Below, one piece after another: positions 1 to 10,448 of a DNA stretch of 64,000 bases. Numbering within the stretch: position 1 is the stretch's first letter; every line of letters begins with the position of its first letter. A model generated the notes under the pieces. It was given only the letters and a program-made list of their open reading frames with translations, searched no databases and was not told the DNA's origin. The stretch is from Trypanosoma brucei (taxonomy: Eukaryota): NCBI GenBank assembly GCA_000002445.1, contig CM000208.1:1344001-1408000 (forward strand), given 5' to 3'. Position numbers and translations under genes: made by a program.

Positions 1-2
1 CT

Positions 3-2057
3 GTGTTCAACGGTTTCGAAGCTCACATTTCCAGAAATGTCGATTTCTACAGGGGAATTTTCATGTCTCCCTCAGCGCACAAGGAGGCGCTGCTACCACC
101 GTATGAGAAGGAAGTTACTCCGTTGCAGAGGATGATGTTCCTCAGATGTCTTCGACCCGATAAGTTAATGGAAGCTGTGCAAGATTTCGTCAGCAGTGAG
201 CTAGGAGAACGCTTCATCCGCCCACCGCCGTTTGACTTATTTACCTCCTTCAAGGAATCCAGTCCAACAGCGCCGCTTATTTTCATACTCTCTCAGGGAG
301 CGGATCCATTCGAGGACTGGAAGAAGTTTGCGGAGCAAAACAACATGGGTAAAAAATTGTCGGATATTTCACTAGGTCAAGGCCAAGGTCCGAGAGCCGA
401 GCGGATGCTGCAAGAGGGCATGGAGAATGGTACATGGGTACTCTTGCAGAACTGCCACCTGGCAACATCATGGATGCCAACACTTGAACGGTTAGTAGAG
501 GGAATGAAGTACGGTATTCATTCCTCTTTCCGACTGTGGCTTACCTCTATGCCTAGTCCTCACTTCCCTGCAACGGTTCTGCAGAACGGTGTGAAGATAA
601 CCAATGAACCACCTAAGGGAATGCGAGCTAATGTCACACGTTCTGTGTTGAGTTACCGTCCGGATTACCTGGACACTTGCAAGAAGTCAACAGAGTTTAA
701 AAAGCTTTTCTTCGCCATGTCGTTCTTCCACGCCCTTATCCAGGAGCGTAGGAAGTTTGGTCCGCTAGGGTGGAATATTCCGTACGAGTACACTTCCGGA
801 GATTTGGGTTGTTGTGTGGCGCAGATTCGAATGTTCCTTGACAAGTACGAAGAAATTCCCTACAAGGTCATCAAGGAATTGAGTGGAAACATTCACTATG
901 GCGGCCGTGTTACGGACGATTGGGATCGTCGAACACTGAATACATTGTTGGAGGTGTTTGTACATCCTGATGTGATGAAGGATGGCTACAAATTTTCTCC
1001 GTCGGGCACCTACAATTCTATACCTGTTGGATCACAGAAGAGCTATCTAGATTACATTGAGACCTGGCCGATGAATACAAACCCTGAAATATTTGGCTTG
1101 CACGAAAATGCAGACATCACGTGCGCACGTAATGAAACATTTGAGACATTAGAGGCAATTCTCTCTCTGCAGGGCGAGGCTGCGCCGAAGAGTGCCTCAG
1201 GTCAGTCTCCGGATGAGGTGGTTGTGGAGTTAGCTAAACTTATTAGAAAGCGCGTAAGTGAGCCATTTAATATTCCCGATTTTCAGAAGAAGTATCCAAC
1301 AATGTATGAAGATTCTATGAACACTGTGTTGGTGCAGGAGGCCATTCGATTCAATCGTCTCACCGCTGTTGTGCGCGAAACGCTGGAAGCCCTTCCCCTT
1401 GCTATTAAAGGTGAGGTGCTGATGAGCCGGGAACTGGAGGAGGCATACCGCTGTCTCTACAATAATCAAGTGCCTGCACAATGGGCTGAACGTGCTTATC
1501 CGAGTCTCAAACCACTTGGAGCTTGGGTGGATGACTTGGTTATGCGTTTGGAGATGATTTCATCATGGTACGAAGAGGGTCATCCGTCTGTTTACTGGAT
1601 TTCAGGATTTTACTTTCCTCAAGCATTCCTTACAGGCATTTTACAGAATTTTGCGCGTAAGATGCAAATATCCATTGATACGGTCAGTTACGGCTTCGAG
1701 TGGATGAAAGATGACCCTGAGAAAATCACTAGCCATCCAAAAACTGGTTGCTATGTCCACGGTGTTTTTATTGAAGGTGCAAGGATTGACCGCAGCAGCC
1801 TCAAACTTGTGGAGTCGATGCCGAAGGTGCTGTTCGAACAGGCTCCTTTATTGTGGTTACAACCCATCATAAACAGAGAGAAGCCAACTGATAGTGTTTA
1901 CATTTGCCCACTTTACAAAACCCTGCGTCGTGCAGGTACGCTAAGCACCACTGGGCACTCCACAAACTATGTTCTCACTGTCGAGATACCTACGTCCGTT
2001 TGTCCCAAACACTGGGTGAAGCGCGGCGTTGCTATGGTTTGCGCGTTGAATACGTAA
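3..2057 (+). CDS. Dynein heavy chain, C-terminal portion (5'-truncated by the window edge)
   Basis: 684-aa ORF open to the window start. It carries the dynein heavy chain AAA6 / C-terminal domain signatures (LLQNCHLATSWMPTLERL, FRLWLTSMPSPHFPATVLQNGVKITNEPPKGMRANV, WISGFYFPQAFLTGILQNFARK) that are conserved in axonemal and cytoplasmic DHCs. Confidence 0.85.
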   Translation: MFNGFEAHISRNVDFYRGIFMSPSAHKEALLPPYEKEVTPLQRMMFLRCLRPDKLMEAVQDFVSSELGERFIRPPPFDLFTSFKESSPTAPLIFILSQGADPFEDWKKFAEQNNMGKKLSDISLGQGQGPRAERMLQEGMENGTWVLLQNCHLATSWMPTLERLVEGMKYGIHSSFRLWLTSMPSPHFPATVLQNGVKITNEPPKGMRANVTRSVLSYRPDYLDTCKKSTEFKKLFFAMSFFHALIQERRKFGPLGWNIPYEYTSGDLGCCVAQIRMFLDKYEEIPYKVIKELSGNIHYGGRVTDDWDRRTLNTLLEVFVHPDVMKDGYKFSPSGTYNSIPVGSQKSYLDYIETWPMNTNPEIFGLHENADITCARNETFETLEAILSLQGEAAPKSASGQSPDEVVVELAKLIRKRVSEPFNIPDFQKKYPTMYEDSMNTVLVQEAIRFNRLTAVVRETLEALPLAIKGEVLMSRELEEAYRCLYNNQVPAQWAERAYPSLKPLGAWVDDLVMRLEMISSWYEEGHPSVYWISGFYFPQAFLTGILQNFARKMQISIDTVSYGFEWMKDDPEKITSHPKTGCYVHGVFIEGARIDRSSLKLVESMPKVLFEQAPLLWLQPIINREKPTDSVYICPLYKTLRRAGTLSTTGHSTNYVLTVEIPTSVCPKHWVKRGVAMVCALNT

Positions 2058-3451
2058 AAACATTCGTCGAAACGCCATGTACCTGAGAGGAGGTCATTAT
2101 TTCCTGTTTTTGTTGTGTGTCTGTGTAAACCTGTTTATGTGTTTAGTTGTCTTTTTTGTTGTTGGTTGACTTGAACATTTAGATGCAGGACAGTTCCGTC
2201 TACTTATTTTTCTTACCCACCTCCCCTTTTTTATCTTTTTTTCTCCTTCGTTAACTTTTCAAACCCACTTTATGTACACAGTATTCTATAGAGAAATAAG
2301 GGGGGGGAAGAGACCGTTTTTCTTTGATGACTCGGGACTTTCCAGTGGGTGGATGTACACGTTCGATACGCCATGAGTATGTATTTCTCTACACCCATAT
2401 ACATCTCGTACTAACTTTCTTTTATTTCTGAACCTCGCACTTCAAGACTCGTACTTGTATTTTCCCCGTTCACCATATTTCATTTCCTCTCTTCCTCCAT
2501 CTTTTTGTTCCTTCGGATAATATACGTTACATATAGCGTCCTTATATTCAGCAAGGGGGGAAAATGACAGAAACAGCAACAGTTCGATGATTTGGGTGGC
2601 AATTCGACTACCTCATTGCGACCTATGGTGAGGTTATTGTTTTTTTTGTACGTGTGGGAGGGGAATTCGCTACTACTTTCTGTGGGGGGATTGACTCGCT
2701 GCAATTTCCTCTTGTGAACATATGAGTCGCGTGTCTTGCGTTACCATGATCGGACAGAGTGATGGTGAAGGGCATATGCTTTTGTTATGCAATATGTGTG
2801 CTGGTGAAGTAATTATTCCGTGTGTGTGTTTGTGTGTGATCTACCTTCTCATTGGTATCATATATGTGATGCTGTGGTGTGTAACGTGCTCGAGTGGATG
2901 TATGAATAAAATGAGACTACGACAGAATATTTCATTTCTTCGTTTTCTAATGCTCTTGTCCTACACAACTCCTCAATGTAGTCAAGTGACAAATCTATTA
3001 ATGTGTCCCCACCTGTTGTTTCCGATCCTTACGGCCATTTCCCGTCAACAACACGCGCTGCATGTAAATATGCAGAGATTCGTACAACTCTGTAGTTTGT
3101 GGAATAGCGCAAGTTGTTTTAGAGGTTGAATGAACCCGGGTTGAGTTGCATAGAGCTACGATTACAATGGAGGTACAAGCTATCAACACGGATTGAAGGA
3201 GAGGTATAACTAATGCAGGTATACGAGTATTTAAATAGTGTATATTACCTCTTCCCTTTGAGGGCAAATATATTCTTAACTTTATAACAAAGAATAGGTG
3301 TACAACGTTAATGTATACAATACTTCTGGTTTGCTGTTTTAAAAATTATTGTCTTTGTTCCTTTTTCGTACAAATTACTGTTACGACTTCACTTCCCCTT
3401 CCTGTTGGTCTTCTTCATTTATGCCTGACCACCGGACAGCGCATCAGTAAC

Positions 3452-3970
3452 ATGACCACATACGTCCCAAAGAGCTCGCGCGATGATGTATACCGCTTCT
3501 TCTTCACGGAGGGCGTTGTTTCCTGCAAGAAGGACCCCCTCGGCACGTGGAAGGGAACTCTTGGTGGCAAGACGTTCAAGCTTCCCACTCTACAGGTAAT
3601 GCAACTGATGCGTTCCCTGAAGAGCCGTGGCCTCATTAAGGAGCAATTCGCCTGGCGCCACTTCTACTGGACTCTAAATGATGAAGGCATCAACTACATG
3701 CGGAAATACCTCTATCTGGGAGCAGATGCTGTGCCGAACACTCACAAGGTGGATCACAAGACCTTTGAACGCGAAGGCGGACGCGGGCGTGGGCGCGGTG
3801 ATGGCCGTGGCCGTGGGCGCGGGTTCGGACGTGGCCGTGGCGAGGGCCGTGGCTTCGGACGTGGACGCGGTGAAGGCCGTGGCCGTGGTTTCCATAGTGA
3901 GCGCGACCAGTACCGCGCCGGTGCTGCTGCCCAAGGCGAGGATGCCGCGCCCGTTGCTGCGGTTGAGTAG
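3452..3970 (+). CDS. RPS10: 40S ribosomal protein S10 (eS10), copy 1, with a C-terminal RG/RGG-repeat tail
   Basis: 172 aa starting MTTYVPKSSRDDVYRFF, with the eS10 (Plectin/S10) domain (DPLG.WKG, NYMRKYL). The supplied ORF begins further upstream, and I moved the start to the first ATG that gives the conserved eS10 N-terminus. It is 100% identical in nucleotide sequence to copy 2. Confidence 0.9.
   Translation: MTTYVPKSSRDDVYRFFFTEGVVSCKKDPLGTWKGTLGGKTFKLPTLQVMQLMRSLKSRGLIKEQFAWRHFYWTLNDEGINYMRKYLYLGADAVPNTHKVDHKTFEREGGRGRGRGDGRGRGRGFGRGRGEGRGFGRGRGEGRGRGFHSERDQYRAGAAAQGEDAAPVAAVE
3776..3892 (+). repeat. GC-rich tandem repeat coding the RG/RGG box of RPS10 (the 30-nt unit FGRGRGEGRG occurs twice, plus RGRG runs)
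   Basis: ggccgtggc / ggacgtgg periodicity is visible in the nucleotide sequence, and the protein reads GGRGRGRGDGRGRGRGFGRGRGEGRGFGRGRGEGRGRGF. The same repeat recurs at 5211..5327 in copy 2. Confidence 0.8.
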
Positions 3971-4187
3971 GAACGGTTTGGGTTACTGATGGCATTGTGT
4001 TTGTGTGGTGTTTATTTTACTAATTTATGCTTAACTGCGTCTCGTCTTGGTCATCTTACGGTGGTCATTGTTGGTCGTTGGTTTCTACAACCACTAAATG
4101 GCTGAGCGGTTATTTTTGTTTAAGGGGGCTGGAGGCGGACTCTATCATTCTTATGATTCTTTTTGTTTTTCCCAAACTAGGTAGACA

Positions 4188-4607
4188 GTGAGTGCTGACG
4201 GGTCCGAAGACTTGTGCGATGATGTGTACCGCTTCTTCAGGGAGGGCGTTGTTTGCTCCGAGAAGGACCCCCTCGGCGCGTGGAAGGGAAGTCTTGGCGA
4301 GAAAACTTTTAAAATTCTCAATGCGCAGTTTACAGAAGTGTTAAAATCGCCAAAGAGTCATGGCCTTGTCAAAGAACAGTCTCCTCGGCACAGCGTGTGG
4401 TGGACGCTGAATGTCGACGGCGTGAACTACATGCGGAAATACCTCTGCTTAGACGGGGATGTGATGCCGCCCCGTGACAAAGTGGATGCGGAGCCACACA
4501 AAAGCGACGCCACAAATGGCAGTTGTGGTGGGCGCGGAGGGGGTGGGAGACGCGGTGGATTCGGTTTTTTTTGGGAGGGGTGGTCCTCCTCCTACAGCAG
4601 AAGATAG
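4188..4607 (+). pseudogene. Degenerate RPS10-like relic between the two intact RPS10 copies (S10 domain retained, no in-frame ATG)
   Basis: Translation gives ..DDVYRFFREGVVCSEKDPLGAWKGSLGEKTFKIL..NYMRKYLCLDGDVMPPRDKVD..GGRGGGGRRGGFGFF, which parallels RPS10 along its whole length including a glycine/arginine tail. The frame opens just after a TAG at 4182..4184. The 'start' in the ORF track is GTG, and the first in-frame ATG is deep inside at the NYMRKYL motif. Confidence 0.45.
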
Positions 4608-4886
4608 GAATGGATTTCCTTCGGTTGAGAAATGAGAACTTTTGGGTTCTTGTGTGACGGTTTGTCCGCAGAGTGACTTGTTAATTTTCATCAATACATA
4701 CACCCCTTAAAGTCTTCCCAGCGTGGAGTAGGCTATGCGCTACGTTACCGTTCTCATTTTGTTTCCTCGAAATATTAAGTCAAATTTATCTAAATTTGTA
4801 TCTTGGTTTAGGGTAGCCGACCACATCTTTGCTATTATCGCTCTATTCCACCTTTTTTTTCTTTTACAACGACAAATAGGCAAACA

Positions 4887-5405
4887 ATGACCACATACGT
4901 CCCAAAGAGCTCGCGCGATGATGTATACCGCTTCTTCTTCACGGAGGGCGTTGTTTCCTGCAAGAAGGACCCCCTCGGCACGTGGAAGGGAACTCTTGGT
5001 GGCAAGACGTTCAAGCTTCCCACTCTACAGGTAATGCAACTGATGCGTTCCCTGAAGAGCCGTGGCCTCATTAAGGAGCAATTCGCCTGGCGCCACTTCT
5101 ACTGGACTCTAAATGATGAAGGCATCAACTACATGCGGAAATACCTCTATCTGGGAGCAGATGCTGTGCCGAACACTCACAAGGTGGATCACAAGACCTT
5201 TGAACGCGAAGGCGGACGCGGGCGTGGGCGCGGTGATGGCCGTGGCCGTGGGCGCGGGTTCGGACGTGGCCGTGGCGAGGGCCGTGGCTTCGGACGTGGA
5301 CGCGGTGAAGGCCGTGGCCGTGGTTTCCATAGTGAGCGCGACCAGTACCGCGCCGGTGCTGCTGCCCAAGGCGAGGATGCCGCGCCCGTTGCTGCGGTTG
5401 AGTAG
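4887..5405 (+). CDS. RPS10: 40S ribosomal protein S10 (eS10), copy 2
   Basis: 172 aa with a coding sequence identical to 3452..3970. The 5' flank differs from copy 1 right up to the ATG, and the 3' flank diverges about 25 nt after the stop codon. Confidence 0.9.
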   Translation: MTTYVPKSSRDDVYRFFFTEGVVSCKKDPLGTWKGTLGGKTFKLPTLQVMQLMRSLKSRGLIKEQFAWRHFYWTLNDEGINYMRKYLYLGADAVPNTHKVDHKTFEREGGRGRGRGDGRGRGRGFGRGRGEGRGFGRGRGEGRGRGFHSERDQYRAGAAAQGEDAAPVAAVE

Positions 5406-5842
5406 GAACGGTTTGGGTTATTCGTTTACCATCTCCATTCATAATTTTTCACACCCGTTTTCTTAAATTTGAAGATGTTTCATTTTATATTTTTAATCCT
5501 ATACTAAGGAGGAAAATTGTGTGCTCTGCTTTACTTTTGTTAGTGTCAAGCAATGTTATTATTAGTTAGCTACTTCTCCTTGCCTGTTTTTCTCGTGTCT
5601 ACCCTTGTTTCAATACTATCGTTGTGGACTTATATCCGCTCAAATTCATAACGTGAGGCTTAGTTCAATACAGAAATAGAACTTTTGCATTTGGGTGTGA
5701 AGTCACAATTGAGGGGAAAGGGGTGTGGTGAGGTGGCAACAAAGTTCAAAGGACAAAAAATCGGAGAAAGAGTAGAAGGGGAAGGTAAGATTTTCTTTTC
5801 TGTGCTGCTTCGTTTTGATCGCCTCTTAATATATTGTTTTCT

Positions 5843-8800
5843 ATGCTTAACACTGTGAAATGGGCTGAGCACTCAGGTGCCGAAGACGAGCCTAACCCAC
5901 CCGTCTACTCCCTCTCCTATCATCCGAGTGGAGAAACGATCGTGGCGGGTTGCGGTGTTCGTGTGGTGGTGTTCGATGCAACCACCGGCGCTGTGCGACT
6001 CTCACTCAAGGGACATACAGACGCGGTCTACACAGTGACGTGTTTCTCAGATGGCAAGTATTTTGCCAGTGGAGGGGCTGACAAGACAGTTATTCTGTGG
6101 ACTATCGATGGAGAGGGTGTATTGAAGTATCAGCACCGAGAGTCCGTACAGGCGCTGGCACACAACCCTGTAACGGGAGGACTTGTTTCAGTTGCAGGTC
6201 GCGATTACGGTACGTGGTCGGCTGAACAAATGAAAGTTGGGAAATCTTCATTACCAGCAAAGGGGCTTTGTTGCGCGTGGTCACGCAATGGACAAACATT
6301 GGCTATTGGTCTCTCTGACGGCAGTATCATTTTCGTACCTTCTCAGGGTGGTGAGAAGGTTACAGTGAAGCGCACTGCACCCGTTTGGGCGGTGGTATTC
6401 TCTCCTATTTCGGAAAGCGGAGCTGACGTCCTCGTCGTGGGGTCTTGTGATCGCCGTCTCTCCTTTTACACCAGCGACGGTAAGCCGGCAAGCAAAGAGA
6501 AGGAAATTTCCTGTGAACCATGCTCGCTCAGCTTTTATGGGGGAGGCAAGTTTTTGCTTGTTGGGGGGAGCAACTGCGAGGTTTCCCTCTTCACAAAGGA
6601 CGGCAACTTGCTTGTGAAAGTAGCCGATGCGGACGATTGCATATGGTCCGTACAGGCCAGCCCAAAGCATCAACAGCTGTGTTGCGGGACAAACAGCGGT
6701 GTTTTGAAGGTGGTGGATATAAATATACCAGTGGTACACAGCATTTTCAATGATCAGTTTGTATTTCGCGACAAAATGTCTGACGCCGTCGTTCACCAAC
6801 TTACGCTTGACAAGCGACTGCGTATTCCATGCAATGGCTACATCATCAAGCTGGCTGTTTATAGGGATCGCGTAGCTGTACAACTGTGTGATAAATTCAT
6901 AGTGTTCGAGTTGTTCTATGACGATGAGCGGAAGATGAAATTTCAGAACGTTGCAATCATCCGTAAACGGGTGAGCTGTGATCACCTTTGTGTTACTTTC
7001 AATGGTCTTGTGATATGCTGTGATCGTCGCCTAACCATGTATGATTTCCAGGGTAATATGCGCCAGGAGTGGACAGTGGAAAGCTCTGTTTGCTGCATCA
7101 AAGTGATTGGGGGAGTTGAAGGGAGGGAATGCCTTCTGCTTGGATTAAAGAACGGTTTGACGCTTCGTATGTTTGTCGATAATCCCTTCCCGACCACGCT
7201 GGCGAAGGTAAATAATTCAGTCAAGGCTCTTGATCTCAGTTGCGACAAGACGAAACTGGCGGTCGTCGATGATAACGGGTTGCTGCAAGCGTTTGATTTG
7301 CGGAACAAGAATGAGGTTCTCTTCATGGCAAATGGTGTTCAAGCGGTGGCGTGGAATTCAGAGTATGACGATATGATTTGCTACACAACTGCGGTAAATA
7401 CATTGAACATAAAGACCGGGGCTCTGCCTCCACATGAGCAGAGATTGCCGGGGTACGTTATTGGATTCAAGGCCAATCGTGTGTTCAATGTTTGTGGTAC
7501 TATTGTAGACAAGATTGATGTACCGCATTCCCAGTCTCTGTATCGGTACATAGAAAAGAGGGATTTTGAATCTGCACACCGCATCGCCCGTCTTGGCGTA
7601 CCCGATGGGGATTGGAAAATGCTTGGCATGCACGCGATGATGCACCTGCAACTCGACGTTGCTCGGAAGGCGTTTATTAACATCCGTGAGGTTAAACTCG
7701 TCGAACTGCTTAACCGCCTGGAGATGCAGCAGCGTCTAAAGGGCTCCAAAGGTGAAGAAGATGATGGACTCCTTATGGGTGATATTTTTGCTTTTCAAGG
7801 AAAGTATCAGGAGGCGTCACGACACTTCTTAAAGGCTGGACATGAAAATAAAGCGATTGATATGTTCTGTGACTTAAAAATGTGGACTGATGCGCAGCGC
7901 GTCTGTAGCAACGAATCTCATTTAAAGGAGTTGATTCGGCAGCAGGCGCGGTGGGCGGAGGATTCGGAGAACTATATTGAGGCTGCGGCGTTGTTTCAAG
8001 CTTGTGGGGACAAATCCAGAGCTATTGCAATGTTGTGTAATGCTGGTGACGCAGATAAGTTGATGGAGATGTGCCGTGCGATGTCCAAGTCTGAGGTGGC
8101 TCTCATTACGGAGTGTGCGAACTACTTTAAGAAGCAAAAGTTAATGCAGCCCGCGATGTACGCTTATGAGAAGGTTGGTGACTATCGCTCACTTATATGT
8201 CTTCATATGGAAATGAAAGAGTGGCGAAAGGCCTTTGCCCTCCTTGATCTTTATCCGCAATACATTCGTGAGGTGTACGTACCATGGGCCAACTGGCTGG
8301 CAGATAATGGGAATTTCACGGCGGCACTTGATGCATACCGTAAAGCCAAGTGGCCCAGGGAAGCTGTGCGCATGATGGAATCTCTTGCAGCCAACAGTGT
8401 GATATGCCGGAGGTTTCAAGAAGCGGCTTTTTATTTCATCCACTTAGCAGGAGAGTACGGAGTGCTAGAGGATGATCAGCAGCTTACCGAAGCAGAGTGG
8501 GCCGTCCGTATGAAGCGTAGCGCTGAGTGCGTCCGCCGCGCAGAAATTTACTACGCTTACCACTTTGTTTACCTACACGTGACCCAGCCTTTCACCTACG
8601 ATGAGGTAACATTGTTCAACGCTTCGAGGTTCGTAATTGCAATGACCAGTAACACCACTGTTCCTCTCAATGTTGGTAGAGGTGAGGTACTCTACACGCT
8701 GGCGCATATTGCTAGTCAATTAGATATGACGCGCACTGCGCGTATGGCCTTTGAGCGGCTGCACAACGTTGTACTGCCCACTAAAGTAATGGAGCAAATA

Positions 8801-9571
8801 GATGTGGATAGTCTTGTTTTACGCAGCAAGGGTTTCAATGATAATGAAGATCTGCTCGATGTTTGTTTTCGTTGCAAACAGATCGTTCAGCAATTTGCTA
8901 ATGCTGGAGACCGCTGTCCCACTTGTGCCCATCCTTTCGTTCGTTCGTTCGTGACTTTTGTGAATCTTCCGCTGGTAGAGTTTACCTTGTCAAATGAACT
9001 TAGTGATACAGAAGCAGAGCGAATAATTTTGACGGGAGCGGGGCGAAAGAATACAGAGAATAAAACCGACGGGAACAATGGCGAGTACAATGGGTGGAAG
9101 GCAGATACAGGTGCTGATGTCATCACGTTCGCGGAAGAGGAAGACAACATTGATGCCCTGATGGATCACCAGTTGGCAGCGTTGGGTCGAGGTGGAGCTA
9201 TGGGCACCGATCCATTCAGCGCGCAACTAAAATACATTTTACGGCCAGGGCGGACAAACAAAGGCTATCAACCCTTTGTCGTAAATGCCGATATGCTTTG
9301 CAGAATGCGTCGTGATGAGGTGTTCATTGTAAAGGCCGGATTTGGAAAGCTGCCGGTGCAAAACAAGTACTATCGTCTAGTGAACCGGAGTGTAGGAATT
9401 ATTCTATGTCCAGGTTGTCAGCACTTTTTCAAAGATGATGATTACGAGTATGAGTGTATGAAGGGTAACGGTTGCCCACTTTGTCAGTACAGGATGGGAA
9501 AGAAGCCGGAGAAATCAATGACTAAAGTTCTCAATGATGTTCTTGCCTCGATGGAGAAGAAAAAGGAGTAG
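5843..9571 (+). CDS. IFT122: Intraflagellar transport protein IFT122 (IFT-A complex; WD40 beta-propellers plus TPR-like alpha-solenoid plus C-terminal zinc-binding cysteines)
   Basis: It is collinear with human IFT122. The N-terminal WD repeats match (KGHTDAVYTVTCFSDGKYFASGGADKTVILWT). Mid-protein blocks match (VIGGVEGRECLLLGLKNG..RMFVDNPF, KLAVVDDNG). The C-terminal Cys pairs are present (CFRCKQ..CPTCAHPF; CPGCQHFF..CPLCQY). The ORF track starts at TTG 5834, and the first ATG is 5843. Confidence 0.85.
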   Translation: MLNTVKWAEHSGAEDEPNPPVYSLSYHPSGETIVAGCGVRVVVFDATTGAVRLSLKGHTDAVYTVTCFSDGKYFASGGADKTVILWTIDGEGVLKYQHRESVQALAHNPVTGGLVSVAGRDYGTWSAEQMKVGKSSLPAKGLCCAWSRNGQTLAIGLSDGSIIFVPSQGGEKVTVKRTAPVWAVVFSPISESGADVLVVGSCDRRLSFYTSDGKPASKEKEISCEPCSLSFYGGGKFLLVGGSNCEVSLFTKDGNLLVKVADADDCIWSVQASPKHQQLCCGTNSGVLKVVDINIPVVHSIFNDQFVFRDKMSDAVVHQLTLDKRLRIPCNGYIIKLAVYRDRVAVQLCDKFIVFELFYDDERKMKFQNVAIIRKRVSCDHLCVTFNGLVICCDRRLTMYDFQGNMRQEWTVESSVCCIKVIGGVEGRECLLLGLKNGLTLRMFVDNPFPTTLAKVNNSVKALDLSCDKTKLAVVDDNGLLQAFDLRNKNEVLFMANGVQAVAWNSEYDDMICYTTAVNTLNIKTGALPPHEQRLPGYVIGFKANRVFNVCGTIVDKIDVPHSQSLYRYIEKRDFESAHRIARLGVPDGDWKMLGMHAMMHLQLDVARKAFINIREVKLVELLNRLEMQQRLKGSKGEEDDGLLMGDIFAFQGKYQEASRHFLKAGHENKAIDMFCDLKMWTDAQRVCSNESHLKELIRQQARWAEDSENYIEAAALFQACGDKSRAIAMLCNAGDADKLMEMCRAMSKSEVALITECANYFKKQKLMQPAMYAYEKVGDYRSLICLHMEMKEWRKAFALLDLYPQYIREVYVPWANWLADNGNFTAALDAYRKAKWPREAVRMMESLAANSVICRRFQEAAFYFIHLAGEYGVLEDDQQLTEAEWAVRMKRSAECVRRAEIYYAYHFVYLHVTQPFTYDEVTLFNASRFVIAMTSNTTVPLNVGRGEVLYTLAHIASQLDMTRTARMAFERLHNVVLPTKVMEQIDVDSLVLRSKGFNDNEDLLDVCFRCKQIVQQFANAGDRCPTCAHPFVRSFVTFVNLPLVEFTLSNELSDTEAERIILTGAGRKNTENKTDGNNGEYNGWKADTGADVITFAEEEDNIDALMDHQLAALGRGGAMGTDPFSAQLKYILRPGRTNKGYQPFVVNADMLCRMRRDEVFIVKAGFGKLPVQNKYYRLVNRSVGIILCPGCQHFFKDDDYEYECMKGNGCPLCQYRMGKKPEKSMTKVLNDVLASMEKKKE

Positions 9572-10448
9572 TTAACGTGGAATAGCATTGCCGGAAGACG
9601 CGTAGATAGATGACAATGGCAAGGGATCCAATGTGCGGTGTGGGGAATGATAAGTGAGTTGAGGAGAAAAGATGTGGGGGGTAAGTTAGGATGTCTTAAT
9701 GTCGATTTTGGGGTCTGCTGTTAATTTTTTTTTTGAAGATTAAAAGAGCAAAAAAAAATGGATATGGAAAGGACACAAGACAAAGAATGAAAACGGGGAA
9801 TAGTCATAGATGCTCGCAAGTTTTGCTCATTTAGTGGGTGTGCCACACCGTTGATACGGAGTTGTGCGCACCTCACATACACGCATATACACGTGTATAT
9901 GCATCTTTTTGAGAAGGAAACCCCAACATGGGAATGTACTAGTAATATTTCGGTTTATTGTTGAGTGTGCCACTCTATCATTGCTGGAATGAAGAGGAAT
10001 AAACAATGAAGTTTAGGTGGGGCAATTTTTTTTCTTGCTTTTTTTTTCTTTTTAGTCCCACACCTTTCCGTCGGCAGGTCACCGTCTTTTCCTTCACAAT
10101 CTTTTACGCCTCGTTTTTTTTCTTTGCCTCCCTCGTGCCAGGAAAACCAGCGGCAGGAGAACCCATATATGCAAGCTGACGCCGTCTGTCTTTGGTGATG
10201 ATGTGTTACTGAGTCAAAGCACCTTGCCGGATCGCGTACCGGAACTGCTGCAATTCAAAGCTTTTCTCTAGTGTTTTCTGTTTGTTGTCTTTGAGAACTG
10301 CGTTACCCAGGTCAACAAATTACTCATGCTTGCTCTCTCTTTTTTTCTTTTCCTTTTTTTTTTAAGGATTTCCTTCCTCTCACTTGAAGTTTCAAGTTCT
10401 TTGTTTCTTTCCTTTAATAAGGGAAAGGGAAGGGAGGGGAAAGGGTAG

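Noticed and set aside
2722-3129. 135-aa Cys-rich + strand ORF in the dynein-to-RPS10 spacer
   Set aside because: Its composition is dominated by TGT/GTG repeats (CVCLCV). It has no motif, and it sits in the expected 3'UTR/5'UTR region.
6281-6985. 234-aa minus-strand ORF inside IFT122
   Set aside because: It is antisense to a well-supported conserved CDS. It has no homology, and it sits in a polycistron where all genes are on the + strand.
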